Source: Syntrophales bacterium
Lineage (GTDB): Bacteria > Desulfobacterota > Syntrophia > Syntrophales > UBA2210
Length of the DNA stretch: 64,000 nucleotides
Assembly (NCBI GenBank): GCA_963662405.2
Contig: CAXXKT010000001.1
Span: forward strand, 2,208,001-2,272,000
Direction of reading: 5' to 3'
The stretch's first letter is position 1. Every line of letters begins with the position of its first letter. Shown here piece after piece: positions 39,362 through 49,837 of the stretch. The notes under the pieces were generated by a model. That model was not told the origin of the DNA and made no database searches. It saw nothing but the letters and a program-made list of their open reading frames with translations. The position numbers and the translations under genes were made by a program.

Positions 39362-39784
39362 TCACCTGTTGATCAGAATCCTGAGATGGGTCCCTTTCCC
39401 CTGTTCCGATGATATTTCGAAGGTGTCGGAGCAGTTCTTTATGTTGAAGAGGCCCATACCCGCGCCAAATCCCATCTCCCGAATCCGATCATTAGCTGTA
39501 GAATACCCCTGAACCATGGCCTGCTCAATATTGTCTATCCCCGGACCGATATCCTGTATGTCCAGTAATATGTAATCACATGTTACCCGGAGACCGACCG
39601 TTCCATGAACGGCATAGGAGATGATGTTAACCTCCGACTCATAGGTCGCAATCGCTACCCTCCGGAGTATGTCATCCGGTATCCCGATTTTCCTCAGAGT
39701 CTTTTTGACCTCGACGGAGACCTTTCCGGCTTCGTCGAATCGTTCCCCTTCAACAGGGAAAGAGTGTTCGTACTCCTGAGTCAT
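39362..39784 (-). CDS. Anti-sigma-like Ser/Thr kinase (HATPase)
   Basis: YESEVN, D.GPGI, GYSTA...REMGFGAGMGL.N. Confidence 0.88.
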   Translation of the reverse strand: MTQEYEHSFPVEGERFDEAGKVSVEVKKTLRKIGIPDDILRRVAIATYESEVNIISYAVHGTVGLRVTCDYILLDIQDIGPGIDNIEQAMVQGYSTANDRIREMGFGAGMGLFNIKNCSDTFEISSEQGKGTHLRILINR

Positions 39785-40161
39785 AACGGAACAACACTTT
39801 CAGGGCCTTCGATTTTTCTGATGCACCCGACTATCCCGTTTGCGTACAGTCTCCCCGATGTTTCGAAGAGGATATACCGTGTAGAGAGAACGGGAATATC
39901 CAGCTCTTCCGCCAGGCTCAACGTCTCTTCGGGGGGGATTTTCCCCCGGACCACCAAGATGGCCGAATTGTCCACGATACTTGCGATCCTGACGATCTGG
40001 GGATTGGTAAGGCCGGTGATCATGATGCTTCCGGGCTTCGCAAAGGCGAGGACATCGCTCATCAAATCGGCGCTGAAAGCGGTTTTCACCTCTTTGTTCA
40101 GATAATCCCCCCCTACTAAGATCTTGGCATCCAACAGATCAGCTATCTCACGAAGGGTCAT
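39781..40161 (-). CDS. DRTGG-domain protein
   Basis: ADLMSDVLAF, ITGLTNPQ, VRGK. Confidence 0.85.
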   Translation of the reverse strand: MTLREIADLLDAKILVGGDYLNKEVKTAFSADLMSDVLAFAKPGSIMITGLTNPQIVRIASIVDNSAILVVRGKIPPEETLSLAEELDIPVLSTRYILFETSGRLYANGIVGCIRKIEGPESVVPL

Positions 40162-40497
40162 TCCTTGCCTCCCTGGCTCTTCTGCTCCGTCTTTTCTCTC
40201 CTTGACTCTCTCAGAGATACAACACGCAAGCCGGAACAACATCGTGGAAGAAATTGCACTTTTCAGCTACAGAAATCGACTTCCCCTAGCACACGGATGA
40301 GATCATGTCAATGTTTTTGGGCTTCAGCACGTATACAATACCGATAAACCGGCGATAAACCCAAGCCACGGTTGAAAGGAGACGGATAGTGGAAAAATAG
40401 AGCGTACTTCCCTCTTGGATCCCCCCTCACATTTTTCGATTGACAGTCCGTACCTCCTTTGATATTTAGTGTACAAAATATATGGAGTGGAATACAC

Positions 40498-40911
40498 ATG
40501 CATTACTGCGATGATTGTATCCTCTTTCTTCTGTCAAAAGCCCATCAAAATGTCTACGGGAAATACAAAAAACGGCTCCAGGGATACGGTCTCACACCTG
40601 CCCAGCATCTAGTGGTCTTTGCCCTCTTCGAGGAAGAAGGGGTCTCGGCCGGTGAATTGGGAAAACAACTCACCCTCGATAACGCGACGCTTTCGGGGAT
40701 TCTGGATCGTCTTTCAGATGGTGGGTGGATTGTCAAGGAATCGTCTGAAGAGGATAAACGCTCATTGAAGCTGTATCTGACGCCCAAGGCGAAAGAGCAT
40801 ATACCTGTCCTGGAACGCGAGGCCAGTGAGGCAAACCAAGAGGCGCTCAGCCGGTTCGGGATCGAGGAGAAGCTGCTGTTTAAACGATTTCTGAAAGATA
40901 TGCAGTGCTGA
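40498..40911 (+). CDS. MarR-family regulator
   Basis: GLTPAQ, LDNATLSGILDRL, DKRSL.LYLT.K. Confidence 0.9.
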   Translation: MHYCDDCILFLLSKAHQNVYGKYKKRLQGYGLTPAQHLVVFALFEEEGVSAGELGKQLTLDNATLSGILDRLSDGGWIVKESSEEDKRSLKLYLTPKAKEHIPVLEREASEANQEALSRFGIEEKLLFKRFLKDMQC

Positions 40912-41101
40912 AGTTGCTTTGTACGCAAACTATATGGCGGGGACGCTGCTTTCCACCGGGGGCGGTACGGTATTGGTTTACCATTTGATTTACAATAGGA
41001 TGTGTCAACGGCTGGCGGAGGGTGGTCTTATCCCCCCTCCCGTCCGTGATCGCAATATTGCACAAAGATAAAACCGATTACCTGTTGAGGAGGAGGGAAT
41101 C

Positions 41102-43039
41102 ATGAAAGAGCTGAGGCATATTTTGTCTCCGATTACCGTGAAGGGTGTGGAGATCCCGAACCGCGTTGTGATGCCCCCCATGGGGACAAACCTGGGAAAT
41201 GCAGATGGGACGGTGAGTGAAGCAAATATCGCCTATCTGAGACGGCGTGCCCGGGGCGGTCCGGGCCTGATCATTACCGAGATCGTCGCCGCCCACCCCG
41301 ATGGGATATCGATTGACACACAGCTTGGGGCCTACGATGACCGCTTCATACCGGGTCTTACACAAGTGGTTTCTCTCGCACACGAGGCGGGGAGCCGGAT
41401 CTTCATGCAGATCCATCACGCGGGTCGCGAGAGTCTGCACATGCTGAGCAAGGGGAAGGCCATGGGTCCTTCGGCGATTCCCAGTCTCATCTATCGAATG
41501 CCGCCGCGGGAGATGACGATCGATGATATCAAAGAGACGATCGCCGCCTTCGGCTCGGCTGCTCGACGGGCTCGAGAGGCGGGGTTCGACGGTGTGGAAC
41601 TTCACTGTGCTCACGGATATCTCCTGACCCAGTTTCTTTCGACCCTCTCCAACCAGCGGACCGACGAATACGGTGGGGCCACGCTGAAAGAGCGATCCCG
41701 GTTCGTTGTTGAACTCATACAGACCGTCAGAAAGGACGTCGGGGATGATTTCCCCGTATCGATCAGGATCTCGACGGAGGAATTCATCAAGGGCGGGTAC
41801 ACGGCCGATGATATGCAGACGATTCTCCCCGATTTTGTCTCTGCGGGGATTGATATCATCCACGCCTCCTTCGGGACTCACGGGAGCCCCGGGGGGATCA
41901 CCAGCGCCCCCATCGAGTACGAGCCCGGCTTCAACGCCTGGCTTGCACGAAAGGTGAAGGATGTCGTTGATATTCCCGTTATCGCCGTGGGCCGTTTCAA
42001 CCATCCGGAACCGGCCGATGAGGTCATCAGGCGTGGTGATGCGGATATGGTTGCCTTCGGGAGGCAGTTCCTTGCCGATCCCGATTTCCTGATCAAAGCA
42101 AGGGAAGGCCGCGTTGAGGATATCAGGAAGTGCCTGGCCTGTAATCAGGGTTGTATCGAACGCCTGGTTCTTGGCGAGGGGAATATCCGGTGTGCCATCA
42201 ACCCCGAGACGGGGCAGGAGACGATCTATCCGGAAGGACCGGCGGCTCATCCGAAGAATGTGTGGATTGTCGGAGGGGGACCGGCCGGTCTGACGGCGGC
42301 CTCCGAGGCCGTTCGTCTGGGACATACCGTCACCCTCTTTGAGAAGGATGGTGATCTGGGCGGCCAGATTCGATTTGCCCGGATACCTCCCCACAAGGAG
42401 GCGTACGGCGAATGGATCGACTGGCTGATCGACCAGGTGAAAAAAGCAGGGGTGACGATCAGGACCGGAACGGAAGTGACGGAATCGATGGTGCACGAAG
42501 GAAAACCCGATGCGGTTATCCTCGCCGCGGGCGGGGAGAAGATAGTCCCCGAAATATCGGGACTCGACGCTCCTCATGTCTGTGATGCCTGGCAGGCCCT
42601 GAGCGGTTCCGTGAAACCGGGAGAAAACGTCCTGGTCATCGGCGGCGGGCTTATTGGGATGGAAACAGCGGATTTCCTGAGTGAGCAGGGGAGTAAGATC
42701 ACCCTGGTGGAGATGCTCAAGCACTCGCCCGTCCAGAAGATTACGTCACACGGGTACATGCTGCACCGACGGCTGCGCGACAAAGGGGCCCTCCTTCTCT
42801 TCAGCACGACGGTGAAGGCCGTCGGCGACGGGAGCGCGGTGATCGAGACGGCGGGAGAGGAGTCGACGATTACTCCCATCGATCAGGTGGTGGTTGCCGT
42901 GGGGCTGAAACCCGCGGACGGTCTCAAGGCGGTTCTCGAGAAGGAAGGAATTCCCTGCACGGTGGTCGGCGATGCTGCCGGAGCCCGGAGGATCATCGAG
43001 GCTACCGATGAGGGAGCACGAGCCGCCTGGGCTCTGTAG
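41102..43039 (+). CDS. NADH:flavin oxidoreductase (OYE / 2,4-dienoyl-CoA reductase-like)
   Basis: NRVVMPPM, AHGYLLTQF, RTDEYGG, CLACNQGC, VGGGPAG. Confidence 0.93.
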   Translation: MKELRHILSPITVKGVEIPNRVVMPPMGTNLGNADGTVSEANIAYLRRRARGGPGLIITEIVAAHPDGISIDTQLGAYDDRFIPGLTQVVSLAHEAGSRIFMQIHHAGRESLHMLSKGKAMGPSAIPSLIYRMPPREMTIDDIKETIAAFGSAARRAREAGFDGVELHCAHGYLLTQFLSTLSNQRTDEYGGATLKERSRFVVELIQTVRKDVGDDFPVSIRISTEEFIKGGYTADDMQTILPDFVSAGIDIIHASFGTHGSPGGITSAPIEYEPGFNAWLARKVKDVVDIPVIAVGRFNHPEPADEVIRRGDADMVAFGRQFLADPDFLIKAREGRVEDIRKCLACNQGCIERLVLGEGNIRCAINPETGQETIYPEGPAAHPKNVWIVGGGPAGLTAASEAVRLGHTVTLFEKDGDLGGQIRFARIPPHKEAYGEWIDWLIDQVKKAGVTIRTGTEVTESMVHEGKPDAVILAAGGEKIVPEISGLDAPHVCDAWQALSGSVKPGENVLVIGGGLIGMETADFLSEQGSKITLVEMLKHSPVQKITSHGYMLHRRLRDKGALLLFSTTVKAVGDGSAVIETAGEESTITPIDQVVVAVGLKPADGLKAVLEKEGIPCTVVGDAAGARRIIEATDEGARAAWAL

Positions 43040-43175
43040 ATGGCAGGATAGACAGGGAGAAGGAAGAGAGGGGGAAGGAACGCGCGTGGCGGTTGGCCAT
43101 CCTGCGGTGAATCGTGAGTGGGTAAACAGGGTCTTCGTCATGTTTCCTTGCCGGGTGCCTTTTCAGTGGTAGACG

Positions 43176-43218
43176 AAAAGAGGCCCCCTGGATCCAAGTC
43201 CAGGGGGCCTCTCGTGTT
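43176..43218. terminator. Hairpin between convergent genes
   Basis: AGAGGCCCCCTGGA...TCCAGGGGGCCTCT. Confidence 0.65.
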
Positions 43219-43243
43219 TCAGGACCCCGGGTCCATCATCCCA

Positions 43244-44443
43244 TTACACCTCTCGTGTCCAGAGAGATGCCATGGAGGGACCACTTCCGACGCACAGGGA
43301 TGCCCCGCCGGTCGTTTTGTTGATCCGTTCGAGTTCGTAGTAGAGTGACACGATGAGGCGAAGCCCGGTGCACCCGATGGGATGCCCCAGGGCGATTCCC
43401 GAGCCATTGGTATTGACGTTGTCGAGACTGAGCTTTATGCCCATGTCTTCCTCCAACTTTCTCCCGACACCAAGAAATTGGGCGGCGAAGGCCTCGTTGA
43501 TCTCCCAGTAATCGATATCTTCGAACTGCATTCCTGCTTGCTTGAGGCACTTGGGAATGGTGACCGCCGGCCCCAGGCCCATGACAAAGGGATCGACCCC
43601 CGCACTGCAGATGTTGATCAGTTTCAGGAGAGGCGTGACACCGAGTGCCTCGGCCTTGGTCTTGGACATGATCACCGCGGCCGCGGCGGCATCGTTGACC
43701 CCTGAAGCATTGGCGGCGGTCACGACGCCCCCTTCCTTGAAGGCGGGACGCAGCTTCCCCATGGCCTCAAGATTGGCATCCGGAATCATATGTTCATCGG
43801 TATCGAATATCGTCACGCCCTTCTTCGTCTTGATCTCTACCGGGACGATTTCGCGTTTGAATCGGCCTTCCCGGACGGCCCGTGTCGCCCGTTGGTGACT
43901 GATCAGGGCGAGCTGATCGCACTCCTCTCGGGTGATGCCGTACCGCTCGGCAACATTCTCAGCGGTCATGCCCATATGACCGGGGACGAGTTCATCGACA
44001 AGGGCGTCACGGATCATATGATCCTCCAGTGTGCCCGGTCCCATCCGGTATCCGCTGCGCCCTTTAGGGATCAGGTAGGGCGCTCCTGTCATGCTCTCGA
44101 CCCCGACCACGAGGCCGATCTCGGTTTTCCCGAGCATGATGTTGTGACAGGCGATCTCCATCGCTCTCATGCCCGAGGCGCAGTTCTGATTGACGGATAC
44201 GGCCGAACTCTCGTGGGACAGGCCGATTCTCATGCTCACCTGCCTCGCGGGGAGAGACCCCTGCATTGCGGGGAGGCATTGTCCCATGACGATCTCATCA
44301 ATCGTATCGGCGGAGATACCCGCCCTCTTTACTGCTTCCTTTCCGGCCGTGACGGCAAGATCCCGGGCCGGTACGTCCTTCAGACTCCCCAGAAATCTGC
44401 CGATGGCAGTTCGACATGCGGATACAATGACAACTTCTTCCAT
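43244..44443 (-). CDS. Acetyl-CoA C-acyltransferase (thiolase)
   Basis: NQNCASG, NEAFAA, GHPIGCTG, SLCVGSG. Confidence 0.95.
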   Translation of the reverse strand: MEEVVIVSACRTAIGRFLGSLKDVPARDLAVTAGKEAVKRAGISADTIDEIVMGQCLPAMQGSLPARQVSMRIGLSHESSAVSVNQNCASGMRAMEIACHNIMLGKTEIGLVVGVESMTGAPYLIPKGRSGYRMGPGTLEDHMIRDALVDELVPGHMGMTAENVAERYGITREECDQLALISHQRATRAVREGRFKREIVPVEIKTKKGVTIFDTDEHMIPDANLEAMGKLRPAFKEGGVVTAANASGVNDAAAAAVIMSKTKAEALGVTPLLKLINICSAGVDPFVMGLGPAVTIPKCLKQAGMQFEDIDYWEINEAFAAQFLGVGRKLEEDMGIKLSLDNVNTNGSGIALGHPIGCTGLRLIVSLYYELERINKTTGGASLCVGSGPSMASLWTREV

Positions 44444-44698
44444 TACTACACCTATCCTCCTTTTCCTATATGCCGTAGAGTGTCCCCATCGCCCATGAGT
44501 CGGGCGCCTGATGGCTTCTCAAGATAGCGGTTGATGTTATGATCCTCCGCCACCGTATGACGGAGGGTTTGATTGATCGCGGGCAGGACAGAGGCCCTGC
44601 CCGCGAATCGGCGCCCCGTGCATCATCCGGTTCGGGTTACTCACCGTCACCGTTGGTGTGGTTTATCCCAGACGTGTCAAGCGTGAGGGAGCCTTTGT

Positions 44699-45475
44699 TT
44701 ACTTATTCTTCTTTGCTCGTGCCGCCGCAAGTTTCTCTTGCAGGGCATCAATTCGCTGATGATTGTCCTCAGACCCGATAAAGGTTCTGAAGAGCCATTC
44801 TTCCACTCTCATTGCGCTGTCGAGGTCCTGACCCAGAACGTGGTTGGAAAGCTGCTTGGTCTCTTTCAGACACATCCTGTCGTAGGTTGCCATCTCTTTG
44901 GCAATGGCCATAACGGACTCGATCAATTTTCCTTCCGGGAACACCTGGGATACATACCCCATCTTTTCCGCTTCATAGGCATCGTAGATGCGACCGGTGA
45001 GAGCGACTTCCTTGGCACGCCCCAGGCCGATGATTCGCCACAGGGGATCCATGATCGGTGTCAGTGAGAGAACGATCTCGCGCTGTCCGAACTTGGCCCG
45101 TTCCGACGCATAACGGATATCACACATAAGGGTCAGATCGAATCCCCCGGCAATAGCAGCCCCGCCGACCGCGCAGATAACGGGCTGATCGCAGTACAGG
45201 ATCGCTCGGTATGCCCGGTGGAAGAGGGCGGTGTAATCTTCGTTGGATACCTTTTCCAGCTTGCGGATAATGGTCAGATCGAATCCGGCTGAAAAGTATT
45301 TTTCACCTCCCGTCAGGACGACCACATTGACATCCTGGCGTTTGCTGATTTCGGTAAAGAGTGTCTCGATTTCCTCAAGGACCTCGGGAGCCAGTGAATT
45401 TCCCTTATCCGGACGGTGAATAGTCACCGTCGCCACCTTGTCTTCAACCGAGAGCAACAAGTATTTCAATTCCAT
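44699..45475 (-). CDS. Enoyl-CoA hydratase/isomerase family protein
   Basis: FSAGFDL, AIAGGFDL..MCDIR. Confidence 0.92.
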   Translation of the reverse strand: MELKYLLLSVEDKVATVTIHRPDKGNSLAPEVLEEIETLFTEISKRQDVNVVVLTGGEKYFSAGFDLTIIRKLEKVSNEDYTALFHRAYRAILYCDQPVICAVGGAAIAGGFDLTLMCDIRYASERAKFGQREIVLSLTPIMDPLWRIIGLGRAKEVALTGRIYDAYEAEKMGYVSQVFPEGKLIESVMAIAKEMATYDRMCLKETKQLSNHVLGQDLDSAMRVEEWLFRTFIGSEDNHQRIDALQEKLAAARAKKNK

Positions 45476-45505
45476 AACGCCTCCTTATCCCGTTTCTTTG
45501 TTTTT

Positions 45506-46645
45506 TTAGCGCAAAAATTCCGCTGCTGACATTACCCTCTGGATCTCATTTACACCCTCGTAGATCTCCGTGAGCTTCATATCACGGAACATCCTTTCAA
45601 TGGGGAACTCTTTCGAGTAAGAAAAAGCGCCCATGATCTGCATGGCGTTGCTGACTACGCGATGACATGCCTGGGAGACGAACAGACGCGTCCGGGCCGA
45701 TTGAAAGAGGATATCTTCTCCCTGCGATTTCTTGAATGCCGTTGCATAGGTGGAATAGCGCATCGCCTCTATATCAGACGCCATCTCACCGAGCAACCAT
45801 TGAATCGTCTGAAATTTGGTAATCGGTTTCCCTCGCTGAACCCGTTCCTTGGCATACTGGAGGGCCGTATCAAAAGCACCCTGGGCCAGCCCGGTAGCTT
45901 CTGCGGAAATCCCCAGTTTTCCGACGGCAATCTCCGTCGTCAGGGTCTTGAAGGCCTTTCCCCGGAACGCCTCGCCACCGAGCGTGTTTTCATACGGAAC
46001 ACGGACATCCTGCAACACGACGTCGGCGACTTCCATGCCGTTCATCCCCATCTTCTCCACCAATTTGGGGGTGGCGTATCCTTTCGTGTCTTTGGGAACG
46101 ATGATTGCGGTGATCTTACCGTCCAACTCCACATCCTTGCAGAAAAGGATGATATAACCGGGGATCGAAGAGTTCGTAATGAAGATCTTTTCTCCATTGA
46201 TGACCCACTCGTCTCCTTCACGGACGCAGGTTGTCTTGACCGCTCCCGGGTCGGAACCTGTCGATGGTTCCGTGAAAGCGAAGCTGCCGACGGCATCACC
46301 CTGGAGCACGTCGGGGAGGTATTTCTTCTTCTGTTCCTCTGTTCCGAATTCTTCGAGTGAACCGGCACAGAGGCAGTTGACCGAGATGTGACCACCGATC
46401 GAGCAGTAGACGCGTGATAACTCTTCAAGGACTATCACATACTCGAGATATGTGCTTCCCACGCCGCCGTATTCGGTGGGATATTGGATGCCGTAAAAGC
46501 TCAGATCGCGCATCTTCTTGATCAGATCACGCGGGGTCCGCTTTGTCTCTTCCATCATATCGATGAGAGGCGCAATCTCCATTTCCGCAAATTTCCTCGC
46601 CGTCTCCCGAAACATCGCTTGTTCTTCCGTCAGATAGAAATCCAT
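45506..46645 (-). CDS. Acyl-CoA dehydrogenase
   Basis: FTEPSTGSD, NGEKIFITN, EIYEGVNEIQR. Confidence 0.95.
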   Translation of the reverse strand: MDFYLTEEQAMFRETARKFAEMEIAPLIDMMEETKRTPRDLIKKMRDLSFYGIQYPTEYGGVGSTYLEYVIVLEELSRVYCSIGGHISVNCLCAGSLEEFGTEEQKKKYLPDVLQGDAVGSFAFTEPSTGSDPGAVKTTCVREGDEWVINGEKIFITNSSIPGYIILFCKDVELDGKITAIIVPKDTKGYATPKLVEKMGMNGMEVADVVLQDVRVPYENTLGGEAFRGKAFKTLTTEIAVGKLGISAEATGLAQGAFDTALQYAKERVQRGKPITKFQTIQWLLGEMASDIEAMRYSTYATAFKKSQGEDILFQSARTRLFVSQACHRVVSNAMQIMGAFSYSKEFPIERMFRDMKLTEIYEGVNEIQRVMSAAEFLR

Positions 46646-46837
46646 ATGTTCCTCCTAAGTTTCATTTTTCTTATGTCGTGCCGCTTACCGAGGTTACCGG
46701 CCTTCTCGTTGATCTCTCGCCCGAGAGCATTGCCGTTATCGATCTGAAAAAGACCATGAGCGACCCCGCCGCTCACAGCGGGGTTGCTCATGGAAAGCAT
46801 CATTGTCTGATTGACTCAGGATATTATCCTCAACAGA

Positions 46838-48313
46838 TTAATACCATGAGCGTTTTTCCCTGAAGATCCCTTTCGTCGATTCCTCGACCGGGATGCCCGC
46901 AAGCTTCTTCGCGAGGTTTTTCGAATGCTCCATGTTGTGATCACGATAGATAGCCACCTTTTCAATAATCGGCGAACCGCCTCCATGAAGCGCATCGACC
47001 AGTTTGTGACCACCCCAGGTAGAGACCATCATGTCCTGAAACAGGCGAAATGCGCGGTGCTGCTCTTCGGCAGATACATCAGGGTTGCGCATGATATATT
47101 TGTCAAGAAACGGTCCGATTTTCTCATCGGCGAAATCAGCCTCGCTGGGGAGGGTACAGGCCAGACCACCGGCAATGGCCGCAAGGTTCTCGTACTCCCG
47201 ATATATCGATTCGCCGGCCAGCATCCGCCCGGCGTTGACATAGTTCGTATCCGGTACGTATGTCCCGGAATCGGCTCGCGTGGCATTGATCGCCGCCGCA
47301 ATACCCGCGGCGTATATCAGGTCGACGACCTGGACCATGTTCGCGAGCGTATGCCGCACGTGTCCCGCCTTCTCGATGCCGTTGTACTCCGCGGCCAGGG
47401 CCGTACACCCTGTTACCACCTCTGAAAGGGCCGCCTTGCATCCCGTGTAGCTGTGGCGGTGGAACAGGGCAAAATAAAGCGCAAGCTTACCCGCCTGCTC
47501 CGTTTCACCACAAAGAAAGACGCGATCCCATGGAATGAATGCATTATCGAAGATCGTTACAGAGTGGGAGAACCCGATATTGGCATGCGGGGCACTCAAT
47601 TTGTCGCGCTTCGGCGGATAGAAGGGGGCGTTCACCAGGGTTACGCCTTCCCAGTCAGCGGGAATGGAGAACGCAACCGCCCAGTCCGTCTCGTCGGGCA
47701 TCATATTCCGTGTCGGGATAACGACGATTTCGTCGACATAGGCCGAGGCCGAGTTGTGGGCCTTGGCACCGCTCACTATGATCCCGTCCTCGCGTTTCTC
47801 AACGACACGTACGTAGAGATCGGGATCTTTCTGCTGTCCCGGCCGCCAGATCCGGTTGCCCTTGGCATCCGTCTGGGCACAAACGAGGGACAGATCTTCA
47901 GCCTGTACCTTTTTCAAAAACTCGATAAAAGATTTATTATAGCTTGTTCCGTGTTTCTGATCGGCGTCATAGGTGGCGATCGAAAGGGCATTCAGACCAT
48001 CGATTCCCATGCATCGCTGGATACATCCGCCCACCTCCTGGGCATAAAGCCTGGTCATCTTCTGCTTGTTCAATAGATCTTCGATGCTCTGGTGAATATG
48101 GCAGAAACGGTTGATCTTTTCTCCCGTGAGATGTGAGATGGCCGTGCCTATACCCTCGTATGCCGGGTCAAAGGCGAAATCATAAGTTGATGCCATGACA
48201 TTGATCCCACCCATGATCTTCGGGTTGAATCGATCCACATATTTGCCGTCCTGAAATACATTGGGTTTTAATTTGGCTATCCTCTCTTTGTACTGCTCAC
48301 CGGTAATCATCAT
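46838..48313 (-). CDS. 4-hydroxybutyryl-CoA dehydratase / HpaB-family protein
   Basis: CIQRCMG.D, QTDAKGNR, HRHSYTGCK, HGGGSP. Confidence 0.88.
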   Translation of the reverse strand: MMITGEQYKERIAKLKPNVFQDGKYVDRFNPKIMGGINVMASTYDFAFDPAYEGIGTAISHLTGEKINRFCHIHQSIEDLLNKQKMTRLYAQEVGGCIQRCMGIDGLNALSIATYDADQKHGTSYNKSFIEFLKKVQAEDLSLVCAQTDAKGNRIWRPGQQKDPDLYVRVVEKREDGIIVSGAKAHNSASAYVDEIVVIPTRNMMPDETDWAVAFSIPADWEGVTLVNAPFYPPKRDKLSAPHANIGFSHSVTIFDNAFIPWDRVFLCGETEQAGKLALYFALFHRHSYTGCKAALSEVVTGCTALAAEYNGIEKAGHVRHTLANMVQVVDLIYAAGIAAAINATRADSGTYVPDTNYVNAGRMLAGESIYREYENLAAIAGGLACTLPSEADFADEKIGPFLDKYIMRNPDVSAEEQHRAFRLFQDMMVSTWGGHKLVDALHGGGSPIIEKVAIYRDHNMEHSKNLAKKLAGIPVEESTKGIFREKRSWY

Positions 48314-48857
48314 CTCTTAAAATCCTCCAATTCGTTCATTTTTTCTCATAGGCGATTGATCGATTTGATTGGCATCACTGTCACCCCATAAGGGCCAACA
48401 TATCTCACAACATTGTCTACAATATTGTATGTACATACTTGAATTTGTAATGTCAAGCCTTTTTTTGTGGTTTTGCGAACGATGTTTGGAGATGGTAAAA
48501 GGCGCGTTTCAACAATACAATACCATGACTGTTCGCCCCCTTATCCCGCATTGGAACGAGCGCATGAGAGACGTCCAGCAGGAGAGGCAGGATAATGCCG
48601 GTTGGCGGATGGAGTGGATCGTTACGGATTACTTTTTTAGAAATACGGGGAGTGCCGTGAGCATTGTGCCACGATCTCTGCCCTGAATCGAATTTGCAAT
48701 AACATAGATGGCGAAAGCGGGGGATGTCTGAAAAACAGCTCAAGTGGAAGCGAACAGATTAGAGCGATGCCATACGGGTTATAACTAGTCGGTAACTATT
48801 CTAAAGATTAATGCTTGACAATTCGTGGAAAGTGGGGTAGCACGCCCATCATTGGTT

Positions 48858-48881
48858 GATTGTATGCAATCTTGGAGACAA
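48858..48881. promoter_or_regulatory. Putative GntR operator
   Basis: GATTGTATGCAATC followed by TTGGAGACAA, downstream of a TTGACA -35. Confidence 0.55.
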
Positions 48882-48953
48882 GAAATCCGGCACGATTGTA
48901 GCCAAGCCAGTTTGAACGAAAAAACAAAACCGTAACCCGAGGAGGAGAAAGAT

Positions 48954-49718
48954 ATGATTCTAGAGAAGTTCAAACTTACGGGGAGTGTTGCTCTTGCGAC
49001 TGGTGCCAGTCGAGGGTTGGGCCAAGGGATGGCCATTGCGTTGGCAGAGGCGGGTGCGGATGTGGTGCTGGTTGCCCGGACGGAATCCGCTTTGGAAAAA
49101 ACGGCCGCAATTATCAGGGAAGTCGGGTCTCAGGCGCTGGTCGTGCAGGCGGACCTGGCAAAGGACGGCGAAGCTGATCGAGTCGTGCGAAATACCGTGG
49201 ACCACTTCGGTCGGATTGACATTCTTCTGAATGCCGCCGGAACACAGGTCCGAAAGCCCATACCGGAAATCACGGAACAGGACTTCGATTACGTCATGGA
49301 TGTCAACCTTAAGGCCCTTTACTTCATAAGCCAGTCGGCCGCACGGGAGATGACCAAGAGAAACAAAGGGAAAATTATCAATATCGCCTCGCTTTCCAGC
49401 TTTATCGGTTTGAATAACATCAGTATATACGCGGCCAGCAAGGGTGGTGTCGCTTCGCTTACGCATCAGTTTGCCGTTGAATTAGCCAAGAGTAATATAC
49501 AGGTTAATGGCATCGCACCTGGGTATTTTATCACGGAATTGACGAAAGCGCTGTTCCAGGATCCGGAGAGGGCCAAATGGGTTTTGGGGAAGATTCCTCT
49601 CGGGAGGACCGGAGACCCGGATGACTTGAAAGGTGCCGTTGTCTTCCTTGCGTCGTCGGCTTCGGATTATATCACCGGCCACATTCTTAATGTCGATGGT
49701 GGATGGTTGTCCGCTTGA
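48954..49718 (+). CDS. SDR oxidoreductase (KduD/gluconate 5-dehydrogenase-like)
   Basis: TGASRGLG, YAASKGG, NGIAPGY, NVDGGWL. Confidence 0.9.
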   Translation: MILEKFKLTGSVALATGASRGLGQGMAIALAEAGADVVLVARTESALEKTAAIIREVGSQALVVQADLAKDGEADRVVRNTVDHFGRIDILLNAAGTQVRKPIPEITEQDFDYVMDVNLKALYFISQSAAREMTKRNKGKIINIASLSSFIGLNNISIYAASKGGVASLTHQFAVELAKSNIQVNGIAPGYFITELTKALFQDPERAKWVLGKIPLGRTGDPDDLKGAVVFLASSASDYITGHILNVDGGWLSA

Positions 49719-49837
49719 TGACAAGTATGAAAGGGGGGATGTGCCCCCCTTTTTTCGTTCGAGACCTGGCTGCAGGTCGAGATGACAATATGTCATGTTT
49801 CGATAAACATGAAAATTCATATGAGAGGAAATCTATA

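Noticed and set aside
40462..40935. Possible MarR operators (ATATTTAGTGTACAAA; TTTGTACGCAAACTAT)
   Set aside because: Only loosely similar and weakly palindromic; not enough support.
41078..42724. 548-aa minus-strand ORF
   Set aside because: Antisense shadow of the flavin oxidoreductase.
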